A stretch of DNA of 63,886 bases, the filler included, from Lama guanicoe (taxonomy: Eukaryota), in the NCBI GenBank assembly GCA_013239625.1. It is 80 parts of 78 records of this genome, joined end to end, with 100 filler letters (N's around TTAATTAATTAA, not from the genome) between each part and the next. Parts side by side here need not be neighbours in the genome. Positions count along the whole stretch, not along the records: positions 49,562 to 50,509 come from MU053285.1; positions 50,610 to 51,052 come from MU053287.1; positions 51,153 to 51,474 come from MU053288.1; positions 51,575 to 51,639 come from MU053288.1; positions 51,740 to 52,643 come from MU053290.1; positions 52,744 to 53,551 come from PNXV01001022.1; positions 53,652 to 54,432 come from MU053291.1; positions 54,533 to 55,430 come from MU053292.1; 72 more parts are not named here. One strand, given 5' to 3'. Under the pieces are notes generated by a model. It saw only the letters and a list, made by a program, of their open reading frames with translations. It ran no database searches and was not told the DNA's origin. Below are positions 50,327 to 61,185 of this stretch, piece by piece (position 1 is the first letter of the stretch; every line of letters begins with the position of its first letter). The translations under genes and the position numbers were made by a program.

Positions 50327-50509
50327 CGTTCCGAGGAGAGAATTCAGCAGTGCAGCCTCCTCTCCGAGCTCTATGAGTTGATCTGCTTCCACTGCAAGTC
50401 CACCTCCTTCAAGCGGGTGGCCCCCGTGAGCGCGCGGACCCCGGCATCCCAGAGCCTGGTGGGAAGGCCTGCTACCGACTCCTTCTGCAGACGCTTCCTG
50501 GCTACAGTC
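50327..50509 (+). pseudogene. TRAPPC9: TRAPPC9-like exon with frameshift (unprocessed pseudogene/duplicate fragment)
   Basis: After acceptor ttgcttttctccctgtgcttcAG it reads [32 protein letters not shown], then in a shifted frame ERADPGIPEPGGKACYRLLLQTLPGYS. Recalled TRAPPC9: [62 protein letters not shown]. Confidence 0.9.
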
Positions 50510-50887
50510 NNNNNNNNNNNNNNNNNNNNNNNNNNNNNNNNNNNNNNNNNNNNTTAATTAATTAANNNNNNNNNNNNNNNNNNNNNNNNNNNNNNNNNNN
50601 NNNNNNNNNTCTGTGCAGACATTGAAGTTCACTTCAACATGTGGTATCCATGAGCCAACAATAGGACTAGTAGGCAGCACTTCTTGAGGACAGAGGAGTG
50701 GTTTTTAAGGTTCTTCAAGAATGAATCCCAAGGTACCGGGATGGCCAGTTGTCAAACTGTGACTTTGCTCTTTGGACGGTGTATCCACCAAGGGTATTGG
50801 CCGTTTATAAGTTTCCATTTCNNNNNNNNNNNNNNNNNNNNNNNNNNNNNNNNNNNNNNNNNNNNNNNNNNNNNNNNNNNNNNNNNN

Positions 50888-51052
50888 CCTGCCTAGAATC
50901 ATGGGCACAGTTGCGGCTGCGTCATACATCTTGCCGCACATCCCGCTCCCCGGCTCCGTGATCACGGCAGAGTGGTTCCTTATTGAGCTGTCCATCTCCT
51001 CAAACATCGTAACCAAACAAAAGATTGGAGAGTATTAGCTTGGCTTTTTTCT
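50888..51052 (-). other. Unidentified exon-like duplicated element, copy 2
   Basis: Aligns to 591-752 (gggcacagttgcggctgcgtcatacatcttgc...ccggctccgtgatcacggcagagtggttcct identical). Confidence 0.4.
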
Positions 51053-51152
51053 NNNNNNNNNNNNNNNNNNNNNNNNNNNNNNNNNNNNNNNNNNNNTTAA
51101 TTAATTAANNNNNNNNNNNNNNNNNNNNNNNNNNNNNNNNNNNNNNNNNNNN

Positions 51153-51639
51153 ATGCAGTATACAGAACCCAGTATTTAGAACATGGAATTCAGAAGAAGG
51201 ATTTTAGTGTATAGATTAGAATATACAAAATATAGAATGTAGAATATTGAATGTAGAACAGAGAATATAGAATATAGAATTAACAATACAGTACACAGAA
51301 TTTAGAAACTGGAATGCAGAACACAGAATATAGAAAATAGAATACAGAATATAGAATGTATTCTCAAAAATTTACAACACAGTATATAGAATATACAATA
51401 CAGAAGACAGAACCCAGAATTTAGAACATGGAATTCAGAACAAAGAATTTAGAAATTAGAATACAGAATCTAGANNNNNNNNNNNNNNNNNNNNNNNNNN
51501 NNNNNNNNNNNNNNNNNNTTAATTAATTAANNNNNNNNNNNNNNNNNNNNNNNNNNNNNNNNNNNNNNNNNNNNAGAGGATGCAGAACATAGAATTTAGA
51601 ATATACAATAAAGAATACTGAATATAGAATTTAGAATAT
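51153..51639 (-). repeat. Satellite family D (two small scaffolds: 51153-51474 and 51575-51639)
   Basis: YAGAATW heptamer arrays. Confidence 0.93.
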
Positions 51640-52743
51640 NNNNNNNNNNNNNNNNNNNNNNNNNNNNNNNNNNNNNNNNNNNNTTAATTAATTAANNNNN
51701 NNNNNNNNNNNNNNNNNNNNNNNNNNNNNNNNNNNNNNNTTGAATTACTTATTATATAGTACACAGATAAATACCTATTTCAATTTCCAAATCAAATTAT
51801 GTTTCATTTTAATTACAAATGATATAGAAATAGATATATATTTTCTGTAAATGTTTTACGCGAATTTCACTTTAAATTCCAAAACTTTAAAATTATTCTA
51901 TATATTTTGTGCAATATTTATACTCTGTTCACAAATCTGGTATAAATTTTAATACAAAAGGATGGAGATTGGTTTTATTTCATAGACCCCAAAATTAAAT
52001 TATTTAAAAAGATTTTGTTTGGNNNNNNNNNNNNNNNNNNNNNNNNNNNNNNNNNNNNNNNNNNNNNNNNNNNNNNNNNNNNNNNNNNNNNNNNNNNNNN
52101 NNNNNNNNNNNNNNNNNNNNNNNNNNNNNNNNNNNNNNNNNNNNNNNNNNNNNNNNNNNNNNNNNNNNNNNNNNNNNNNNNNNNNNNNNNNNNNNNNNNN
52201 NNNNNNNNNNNNNNNNNNNNNNNNNNNNNNNNNNNNNNNNNNNNNNNNNNNNNNNNNNNNNNNNNNNNNNNNNNNNNNNNNNNNNNNNNNNNNNNNNNNN
52301 NNNNNNNNNNNNNNNNNNNNNNNNNNNNNNNNNNNNNNNNNNNNNNNNNNNNNNNNNNNNNNNNNNNNNNNNNNNNNNNNNNNNNNNNNNNNNNNNNNNN
52401 NNNNNNNNNNNNNNNNNNNNNNNNNNNNNNNNNNNNNNNNNNNNNNNNNNNNNNNNNNNNNNNNNNNNNNNNNNNNNNNNNNNNNNNNNNNNNNNNNNNN
52501 NNNNNNNNNNNNNNNNNNNNNNNNNNNNNNNNNNNNNNNNNNNNNNNNNNNNNNNNNNNNNNNCAGATGAGGATAATGATTTTCATTCTCTGATATTTCC
52601 AAGAAAACTCTGGAAAATAGATTGGAGTGACCAACTTAAATCCNNNNNNNNNNNNNNNNNNNNNNNNNNNNNNNNNNNNNNNNNNNNTTAATTAATTAAN
52701 NNNNNNNNNNNNNNNNNNNNNNNNNNNNNNNNNNNNNNNNNNN

Positions 52744-53551
52744 CTAAATTCTGGCTTCTATATTCTCTATTCTATTTTCTATATTCTGTGTTATTTATTC
52801 TATATTCTACAACATATATTCTGCCATCCGTATTCTATAAACTATATTCTTTGTTCTACATTCTATATTCTAATTTCTATATTCAGTATTCTGTATTGTA
52901 TATTCTAAATTCTGAGTTCTGCATTCCATGTTCTAACTTCTGTGTTCTATATTCTTTATTCTATATTCTATATTCTGTGTCCTACTTTCTATTTTCTAAA
53001 TTGTACATTCAGTATTCTGTATTATATATTCTAAATTATGTGTTCTGCATTACATGTTTTAATTCTGGCTTCTATATTCTCTATTCTCTTTTCTGTGTTC
53101 TTCATTCTATATTTTAAATATTATATTCTGCATGCAGTATTCTATATACTAAACTCTGTGTTCTTCATTCTATATTCTAAATTATGTGTTCTGCATTCCA
53201 TGTTCTGAATTCCAGGTTATATATTCTCTTTTCTCTATTCTATATTCTGTGTTCTACATTCTATATTCGAAATTCTATATTCAGTATTCTGTATTCTATA
53301 TTCTAAATTCTGTGTTCTGCGTTTCATTTTCTAAATTCTGTGTTATATATTCTCTATTCATATATATTCTCTATTCTATATTATATATTCTGTTTTCTAC
53401 ATTCTATATTCTAAATTCTATATTCATTATTCTGTATTCTATACACTAAATTCTGTGTCCTGCATTCAATGTTCTTTTTTCTGGGTTCTGTATTCTGTTT
53501 CTCATATTCTATATTCTGTTTTCTACAATATATATTCTGTATTCTATATTA
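52744..53551 (+). repeat. Satellite family D
   Basis: NATTCTR heptamer array. Confidence 0.95.
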
Positions 53552-53651
53552 NNNNNNNNNNNNNNNNNNNNNNNNNNNNNNNNNNNNNNNNNNNNTTAAT
53601 TAATTAANNNNNNNNNNNNNNNNNNNNNNNNNNNNNNNNNNNNNNNNNNNN

Positions 53652-54432
53652 ACCCACGCGCTGCCGACCGTTGGTGGAACCTCCCCATCCTCAGGATTCC
53701 AAAATCATTGTCAGTGCTTGGGGAAGCTCGAGAGACAACTCCACGGAGCTCTCTTCAGTCACAGGTGTTCCCTGAACGGGGATGTACGAGAAATACCTTC
53801 CCTGACCTTGGGGAGGCAGCCTCTGTCACTGGGATTGCCTGCAAACTCACCCAAGCACTCCCTGGCACAGAGACATTAGGAAAAAACCCAGGGGAGTCGA
53901 GCTTACGCATTCCGATAGAACCCACGCGCTGCCGACCTTTGGTATAACCTCCCCAAGCTCAAGATTCCAAACTCATTGTCAGTGCTCGGGGGAGCTCGAG
54001 AGACAACTCCACGCAGCTCTCTTCAGTCACAGGTGTTCCCTGAACGGGGATGTACGAGAAATACCTTCCCTGACCTTGGGGAGGCAGCCTCTGTCACTGG
54101 GATTGCCTGCAAACTCACCCAAGCACTCCCTGGCACAGAGACATTAGGNNNNNNNNNNNNNNNNNNNNNNNNNNNNNNNNNNNNNNNNNNNNNNNNNNNN
54201 NNNNNNNNNNNNNNNNNNNNNNNNNNNNNNNNNNNNNNNNNNNNNNNNNNNNNNNNNNNNNNNNNNNNNNNNNNNNNNNNNNNNNNNNNNNNNNNNNNNN
54301 NNNNNNNNNNNNNNNNNNNNNNNNNNNNNNNNNNNNNNNNNNNNNNNNNNNNNNNNCTGGGAATGCCTGCAAACCCCCCTAGCATTCCATGGCACAGTGA
54401 CATTAGGAAAAAACCCAGGGGAGTCGAGCTTA
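53652..54432 (+). repeat. Satellite family B
   Basis: acccacgcgctgccgacc at 53652 and 53920 (period 268). Confidence 0.97.
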
Positions 54433-54532
54433 NNNNNNNNNNNNNNNNNNNNNNNNNNNNNNNNNNNNNNNNNNNNTTAATTAATTAANNNNNNNNNNNN
54501 NNNNNNNNNNNNNNNNNNNNNNNNNNNNNNNN

Positions 54533-55430
54533 TGATAATTAGTGATATTGAGCATTTTTTTCATGTGCCAATTGATCATTTATATGTCTTCCTTGGAAAA
54601 TTCTTGTTTAGGTCTTCTGCCCATTTTTGGATTGGGTTGTTTGGTTTTTTTTCTTATTATGTCGTATGAACTGCTTACATATTCTGGAGATCAAGCCTTT
54701 GTCGGTTTCATCGTTTGCAAAAATTTTATCCCCCTTCTGTAGGTTGTCGTTTTGTTTTACTTATGGTTTCCTTTGCTGTGCAGAAGCTTGTAAGTTCAAT
54801 TAGGTCCCATTTGTTTATTCTTGCCTTTATTTCTATTGCTTGAGTAGACTGTTCTAGGAGAACATTTTTGAGATGTATGTCAGATAATGTTTTGCCTATA
54901 TTTTCTTCTAGGAGGCTTATTGCATCTTGTCTTATGTTTAAGTCTTTGATCCATTTTGAGTTTATTTTTGTGTATGGTGTAAGGGAGTGTTCTAGAATTG
55001 GTCCATAGTTTTTGTACCAATACCATGCTGTCTTGATGACTGTAGCTCTACAGTATTGTCTGAAGTCTAGGAGAGTTATTTCTCCAGCCTTTCTTTTTCT
55101 TCAGTAATGCTTTGGGTTGGGAANNNNNNNNNNNNNNNNNNNNNNNNNNNNNNNNNNNNNNNNNNNNNNNNNNNNNNNNNNNNNNNNNNNNNNNNNNNNN
55201 NNNNNNNNNNNNNNNNNNNNNNNNNNNNNNNNNNNNNNNNNNNNNNNNNNNNNNNNNNNNNNNNNNNNNNNNNNNNNNNNNNNNNNNNNNNNNNNNNNNN
55301 NNNTTTGAGTATGTTCTAGTTCTGTGAAATATGTCCTGGGTAATTTGACAGGGATTGCATTAAATCTGTAGATTGCCTTGGGCAGTGAGACCATTTTAAC
55401 AATATTGATTCTTCCAATCCAAGCCAAGAG
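54533..55430 (-). mobile_element. Young LINE-1 ORF2 3' half, with internal deletion and gap
   Basis: [36 protein letters not shown] plus antisense motifs tttcctttgctgtgcagaagct and gatccattttgagtttatttttgtgtatggtgtaagg. Confidence 0.95.
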
Positions 55431-55530
55431 NNNNNNNNNNNNNNNNNNNNNNNNNNNNNNNNNNNNNNNNNNNNTTAATTAATTAANNNNNNNNNNNNNN
55501 NNNNNNNNNNNNNNNNNNNNNNNNNNNNNN

Positions 55531-57406
55531 TATAATATAGAACACCGTATGCAGAATATAGAATGTGGAATAAAGAAAGTATAACACAAAATATAGAATA
55601 TATAAAAGAGAATATAGAAGGCAGAATTTAGATCATGGAATGAAGAACACAGAATTTAGAATATAGAATAAAGAATACTGAATTTAGAATTTCAATACAG
55701 AATGTAGAACACAGAATTCAAAATATAGAATACATAATACTGAATATAGNNNNNNNNNNNNNNNNNNNNNNNNNNNNNNNNNNNNNNNNNNNNNNNNNNN
55801 NNNNNNNNNNNNNNNNNNNNNNNNNNNNNNNNNNNNNNNNNNNNNTGAATATATAAAAGAGAATATAGAACCTAGAATTTAGTAATGGAATGCAGAACAC
55901 AGAATTTAAATATATAATACAAAATACTAAATATAATATTTAGAAAATATAATGAAGAACACAAAATATTGAATGTGGAAAACAGAATAAAGAACCCAAG
56001 ATTTAGAACATGAAATGCAGAACACAGAATTTAGAATATAGACTAAAAAATAGTGAATATAGAATTTAGAACATCGAATGTTGAACACAGAATTTAGAAT
56101 ACAGAATTCAGAATACTGAATATAGAAATTANNNNNNNNNNNNNNNNNNNNNNNNNNNNNNNNNNNNNNNNNNNNTTAATTAATTAANNNNNNNNNNNNN
56201 NNNNNNNNNNNNNNNNNNNNNNNNNNNNNNNTTCTAAACTCTGGTTTTTATTTTCTCTATTCTATATTCTATTTTCTGTGATTTCAAACTATATTCGAAT
56301 TTCTATATTCATTATTCTGTATTCTATATTCTAAATTCTGTGTTCCGAATTCCTTGTTCTAAACTATATATTCAGTGGATTGTATTCTGTGTTCCGCATT
56401 GTATGTTCTAAATTCTATATTCAGTATTGTATATTCTATATTCTGAATTCTGTGTTCTGCATTCTATGCTCTAAGTTCTGGCTTCTGTATTCTCTTTTCC
56501 ATATTCTATATTCTGTTTTCTACATTCAACATTCTTTTTTCTATATTCTGCATTCTGTATTGTATATTCTTTATTCTGTGTTCTACATTCTATATTCTAA
56601 ATTCTTTTTCAGTATTCAGTATTGTATATTCTATACTCTGTGTTCTACATTCTATATTCTAAATACTATATTCAGTATTCTGTATTCTATATTCTNNNNN
56701 NNNNNNNNNNNNNNNNNNNNNNNNNNNNNNNNNNNNNNNNNNNNNNNNNNNNNNNNNNNNNNNNNNNNNNNNNNNNNNNNNNNNNNNNNNNNNNNNNNNN
56801 NNNNNNNNNNNNNNNNNNNNNNNNNNNNNNNNNNNNNNNNNNNNNNNNNNNNNNNNNNNNNNNNNNNNNNNNNNNNNNNNNNNNNNNNNNNNNNNNNNNN
56901 NNNNNNNNNNNNNNNNNNNNNNNNNNNNNNNNNNNNNNNNNNNNNNNNNNNNNNNNNNNNNNNNNNNNNNNNNNNNNNNNNNNNNNNNNNNNNNNNNNNN
57001 NNNNNNNNNNNNNNNNNNNNNNNNNNNNNNNNNNNNNNNNNNNNNNNNNNNNNNNNNNNNNNNNNNNNNNNNNNNNNNNNNNNNNNNNNNNNNNNNNNNN
57101 NNNNNNNNNNNNNNNNNNNNNNNNNNNNNNNNNNNNNNNNNNNNNNNNNNNNNNNNNNNNNNNNNNNNNNNNNNNNNNNNNNNNNNNNNNNNNNNNNNNN
57201 NNNNNNNNNNNNNNNNNNNNNNNNNNNNNNNNNNNNNNNNNNNNNNNNNNNNNNNNNNNNNNNNNNNNNNNNNNNNNNNNNNNNNNNNCATTCCGTATAT
57301 TCTATATTCTGTGTTCTTCAGTCTATATTCTATATTCGGTATTCATTATTCTGTATACTATATTCTAGTTTCTGTGTTCTGCATTCCATATTCTGAATTC
57401 TGTGTT
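55531..57406. repeat. Satellite family D (55531-56131 AGAAT strand; 56232-57406 ATTCT strand)
   Basis: Heptamer arrays in opposite orientations on two scaffolds. Confidence 0.95.
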
Positions 57407-57506
57407 NNNNNNNNNNNNNNNNNNNNNNNNNNNNNNNNNNNNNNNNNNNNTTAATTAATTAANNNNNNNNNNNNNNNNNNNNNNNNNNNNNNNNNNNNNN
57501 NNNNNN

Positions 57507-57743
57507 CCCCGCCCTCCCCGGCCCCGCCCAGCTGTCCCATAAGCCTCCCCCCACCGAAGTTCTGGCCGCGCCCTGGCTCCCATTGGCTCCGCAAGTTCTG
57601 CCCTCGCACATCTAGACTCGGGAGGACGCACGACGCAAGCGATAGGGGAGGGCCCCGCGGCGTTGCCATGGTTACAGGCGCCGCGCTCAAGTGCGCTTCT
57701 GGGGCGGGGAGCGGGCTCCGGAAGTGTGTAGCTGCCAGGGACC
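57507..57743 (+). promoter_or_regulatory. CpG-island promoter: GC boxes, inverted CCAAT, RFX X-box, ETS site
   Basis: ATTGG 57582-57586; GTTGCCATGGTTAC 57662-57675 (RFX X-box consensus); GGGGCGGGG 57701-57709; CCGGAAGT 57718-57725. Confidence 0.75.
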
Positions 57744-57849
57744 ATGGCGGTGCTTGCTGCTGGGGTTGGCGGCTTGCTTGGCCGGGCGACTAGTTCTGAC
57801 CTGGTCAGTAGGCGGCCGACATCCTGTCTGGGGCAGCGTCCCACAGAAG
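57744..57849 (+). CDS. Probable first coding exon of an unidentified gene
   Basis: Strong Kozak accATGG; MAVLAAGVGGLLGRATSSDLVSRRPTSCLGQRPTE; donor AAG|GTAAAC at 57850. Confidence 0.5.
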
Positions 57850-59190
57850 GTAAACGTACGTCCGCACCGTCGGCGGGACCGGTGGACATGAACCGCGGTG
57901 GGATCGGGGTTGGGGNNNNNNNNNNNNNNNNNNNNNNNNNNNNNNNNNNNNNNNNNNNNTTAATTAATTAANNNNNNNNNNNNNNNNNNNNNNNNNNNNN
58001 NNNNNNNNNNNNNNNTCTTTCTGTTTTCTAACACTCATTCTCCTGGGCCTTTCAGATCCTCCCCCACAAGTGCCCAGGGCTGGCTTGGTGCTGTGCTGAG
58101 GCAATATTTGTTAATAAGGCCCTTTCCTCATCTCTTCTGAGCCTCCGTTTCTTTCTCTGCACAATGAGAGGGCTTAGACTAGATAAGTGCTTTTCAGTTT
58201 CTTTTAAAGCCATGTTTCCTTTGAGAAACAGAGAATGCAAATCTCTCCTCTCAACCCAACACTTAAGATTTTGATAAGTCCTCCAAGGAGTGACATAGCC
58301 CTTTGTGGAAAATTGATGTGATTGTGATTCCAGATGACACAGAAAAGACTCTTCAGAGATTTATTGCAGGGAGAGGGCAGGAAAGGGGCAATAAGTCACA
58401 CTTTCTAGAGTGAGCACTGGAGCAGGGGCCTGGATTTAAATACGGCGTCTGCCGTGTCCTCTCTCTAATTTTGTAGAATGTGATAAACTTCTCTACCTCA
58501 GTTTCTTGATGTGTCAAGTTGGGGTGATAATATTTTAAGGCTTTTGTGAAACATTATACATATAAGACATTTGTGTCTCGGTAGAAACAAGACCTGCNNN
58601 NNNNNNNNNNNNNNNNNNNNNNNNNNNNNNNNNNNNNNNNNNNNNNNNNNNNNNNCTAGTCCTCTTGTCCAGGATGAAGTTCCCTAGTAGATTTACACAG
58701 AGGTCTTCTGGAAATGGCTTCTCATTTTATTGTTTCAACAAGAAGGGCTGCCATCATAATCTCTGTGGTCAGGTCTGGTCTTNNNNNNNNNNNNNNNNNN
58801 NNNNNNNNNNNNNNNNNNNNNNNNNNNNNNNNNNNNNNNNNNNNNNNNNNNNNNNNNNNNNNNNNNNNNNNNNNNNNNNNNNNNNNNNNNNNNNNNNNNN
58901 NNNNNNNNNNNNNNNNNNNNNNNNNNNNNNNNNNNNNNNNNNNNNNNNNNNNNNNNNNNNNNAGTGGGAATGTGAGTGTATCTCATGGGCTGGGCATTGT
59001 CCTATTTGTACTGTGTGTTCCTTATTTGAGACAGTGAGCTCACGTAACCTCAATAACCAGTTTAAAAAATTAGGCTTTTTATTTTATTTTNNNNNNNNNN
59101 NNNNNNNNNNNNNNNNNNNNNNNNNNNNNNNNNNTTAATTAATTAANNNNNNNNNNNNNNNNNNNNNNNNNNNNNNNNNNNNNNNNNNNN

Positions 59191-60120
59191 TCTAAGTACT
59201 TCCTCAGTAAATCGGGGGTCACTCGTTGCTACTTGGACTGCAAACCCAACCCCCACTTTCCCCCACCCTCCAGCCTTGGCATGCCATCAGGTAAGACAAG
59301 CTAAGGGATTCTATTAGAACAAAGGCGCTGCTGTCAGTTGGAGGAGGCTCCCCACACTCAGGATACCTGAACAAGTCTTTGTGTGTGTGCTGTTGTTGGA
59401 GATACATTGTCCACGCAACTTTAAGGGGGCACAGGTTTTCCCAGGGAGGGAATGTAGTTTAAACACCTCCACTGCCCATAGAGAGGCACTCGCTATTACT
59501 TGGCTTTAGAGCCCAACCCTTCTTTCGCTCCCATCTCGTCCTTGGAAAACACTCAGGGAAGTTAACCTAAGGGATCCTATTAGATCCGAGATGCTGCTGT
59601 CAGTGGGAAGATCCTCCGCACACTCAGGATACCAGAACAATTCTTCATGTGTGTGCTGGAGGTGGGGAAACAGAGTCCACGCATTTTTCAACAGCACAGG
59701 TATTCACAGGTTGTGGGATTTTGGTGAATAATTTCCTCTTCCCATGGAGAAGCACTCGCTAGTACTTGGAATTACAGCCCAACCCTCAATTTCCCCCGCA
59801 CTCCGCCCTTGGCAAGCCATCATTGAAGAGAAGTAAATGTATTGTATTAGAACCCAGGCGCTGATGTTAGTTGGAGGAACCTCCCCACACACAAATCATC
59901 TGAGCCAGATATCGTGTGTGTGCTGGAGGAGGGAAACTGAATCAACACATCTTTATGGGGGCACAGGTGTTCCCAGTTTGGGGATATACTTTAACCACCT
60001 CCACTGCCAAAAGATAGGAGCTCGCTAATACTTGGTTTTACAGCACAACCCATAACTTCGCTCAAAACCTAGCCAAGGAAAATACTCAGGGAAATCAATC
60101 TAATGGATCCAATTAGATCC
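59191..60120 (+). repeat. Satellite family C (same orientation as B), alternating monomer types
   Basis: ttagaac/ttagatc anchors at 59314, 59580, 59847 and 60113 (266/267/266). Confidence 0.94.
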
Positions 60121-60751
60121 NNNNNNNNNNNNNNNNNNNNNNNNNNNNNNNNNNNNNNNNNNNNTTAATTAATTAANNNNNNNNNNNNNNNNNNNNNNNN
60201 NNNNNNNNNNNNNNNNNNNNCAGAAAGAACATTATATATAATGCAACATCTTTTTAAGGTACTCCCAACTAATTTAATTAACCCTGTCAGTGGCACGATA
60301 TCATATATACACAAACACTGTGTGGAGAGAAGCGAAGCAATTCACAGTTTATTGATTCTTACAAAAAAGATTTATATATGACATGCACAATTCCTCACAT
60401 ATCATCTAAGTTATAACGATGTTAATAATCTTAAACTATTTATGTCCCCATGCTCCTAAAGTAAGCACAGGATGTTAAATGATCAAGGACTGTTTTAAAG
60501 TTCATCACGGAACTTCATTAAGTAGCCCATCTCTTATCCAGCAGGCTGTGCAACCCTCCTCTGAGGATCTTACCCAGCATATGATATCCAGCCATCCATA
60601 CCGGATATATCGAGTAGACAATTTGTTATCCAGCCTTTATAAGTGACATTCNNNNNNNNNNNNNNNNNNNNNNNNNNNNNNNNNNNNNNNNNNNNTTAAT
60701 TAATTAANNNNNNNNNNNNNNNNNNNNNNNNNNNNNNNNNNNNNNNNNNNN

Positions 60752-61185
60752 ATTCTATATTCTGTGTTCTACATTCTATATTCTAAATTATGTATTCAGT
60801 GTTGTGTATTCTATATTCTAAATTCTATGTTCTGCATTCCATTTCAAAATTCTGGGTTCTATATTCTCTATTTTATATTCTATGTTTTGTGTTCTTCATT
60901 CTTTATTGTACCTTCTATATTCTCCATTCCGTAGTCTATATTCTATATTCTGTGTTCTTCAATATATATTCTAAATTCTATATTCAGTATACTTTATTCT
61001 ATTTCCTAAATTCTGTGTTCTGCATTCCCGTTTTTAAATTCTATATACAGTATTCTGATTTCTATATTCTTAATTTTGTGTTCTGTCTTCTTTGTTCTAA
61101 ATTCTATATTCTTTATTCTGTATACTAAAAACTATTTGTTCTGCATTCCATGTTCTAAATTCTGGGATTTCTATTCTGTTGTCCA
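60752..61185 (+). repeat. Satellite family D
   Basis: NATTCTR heptamer array. Confidence 0.95.
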
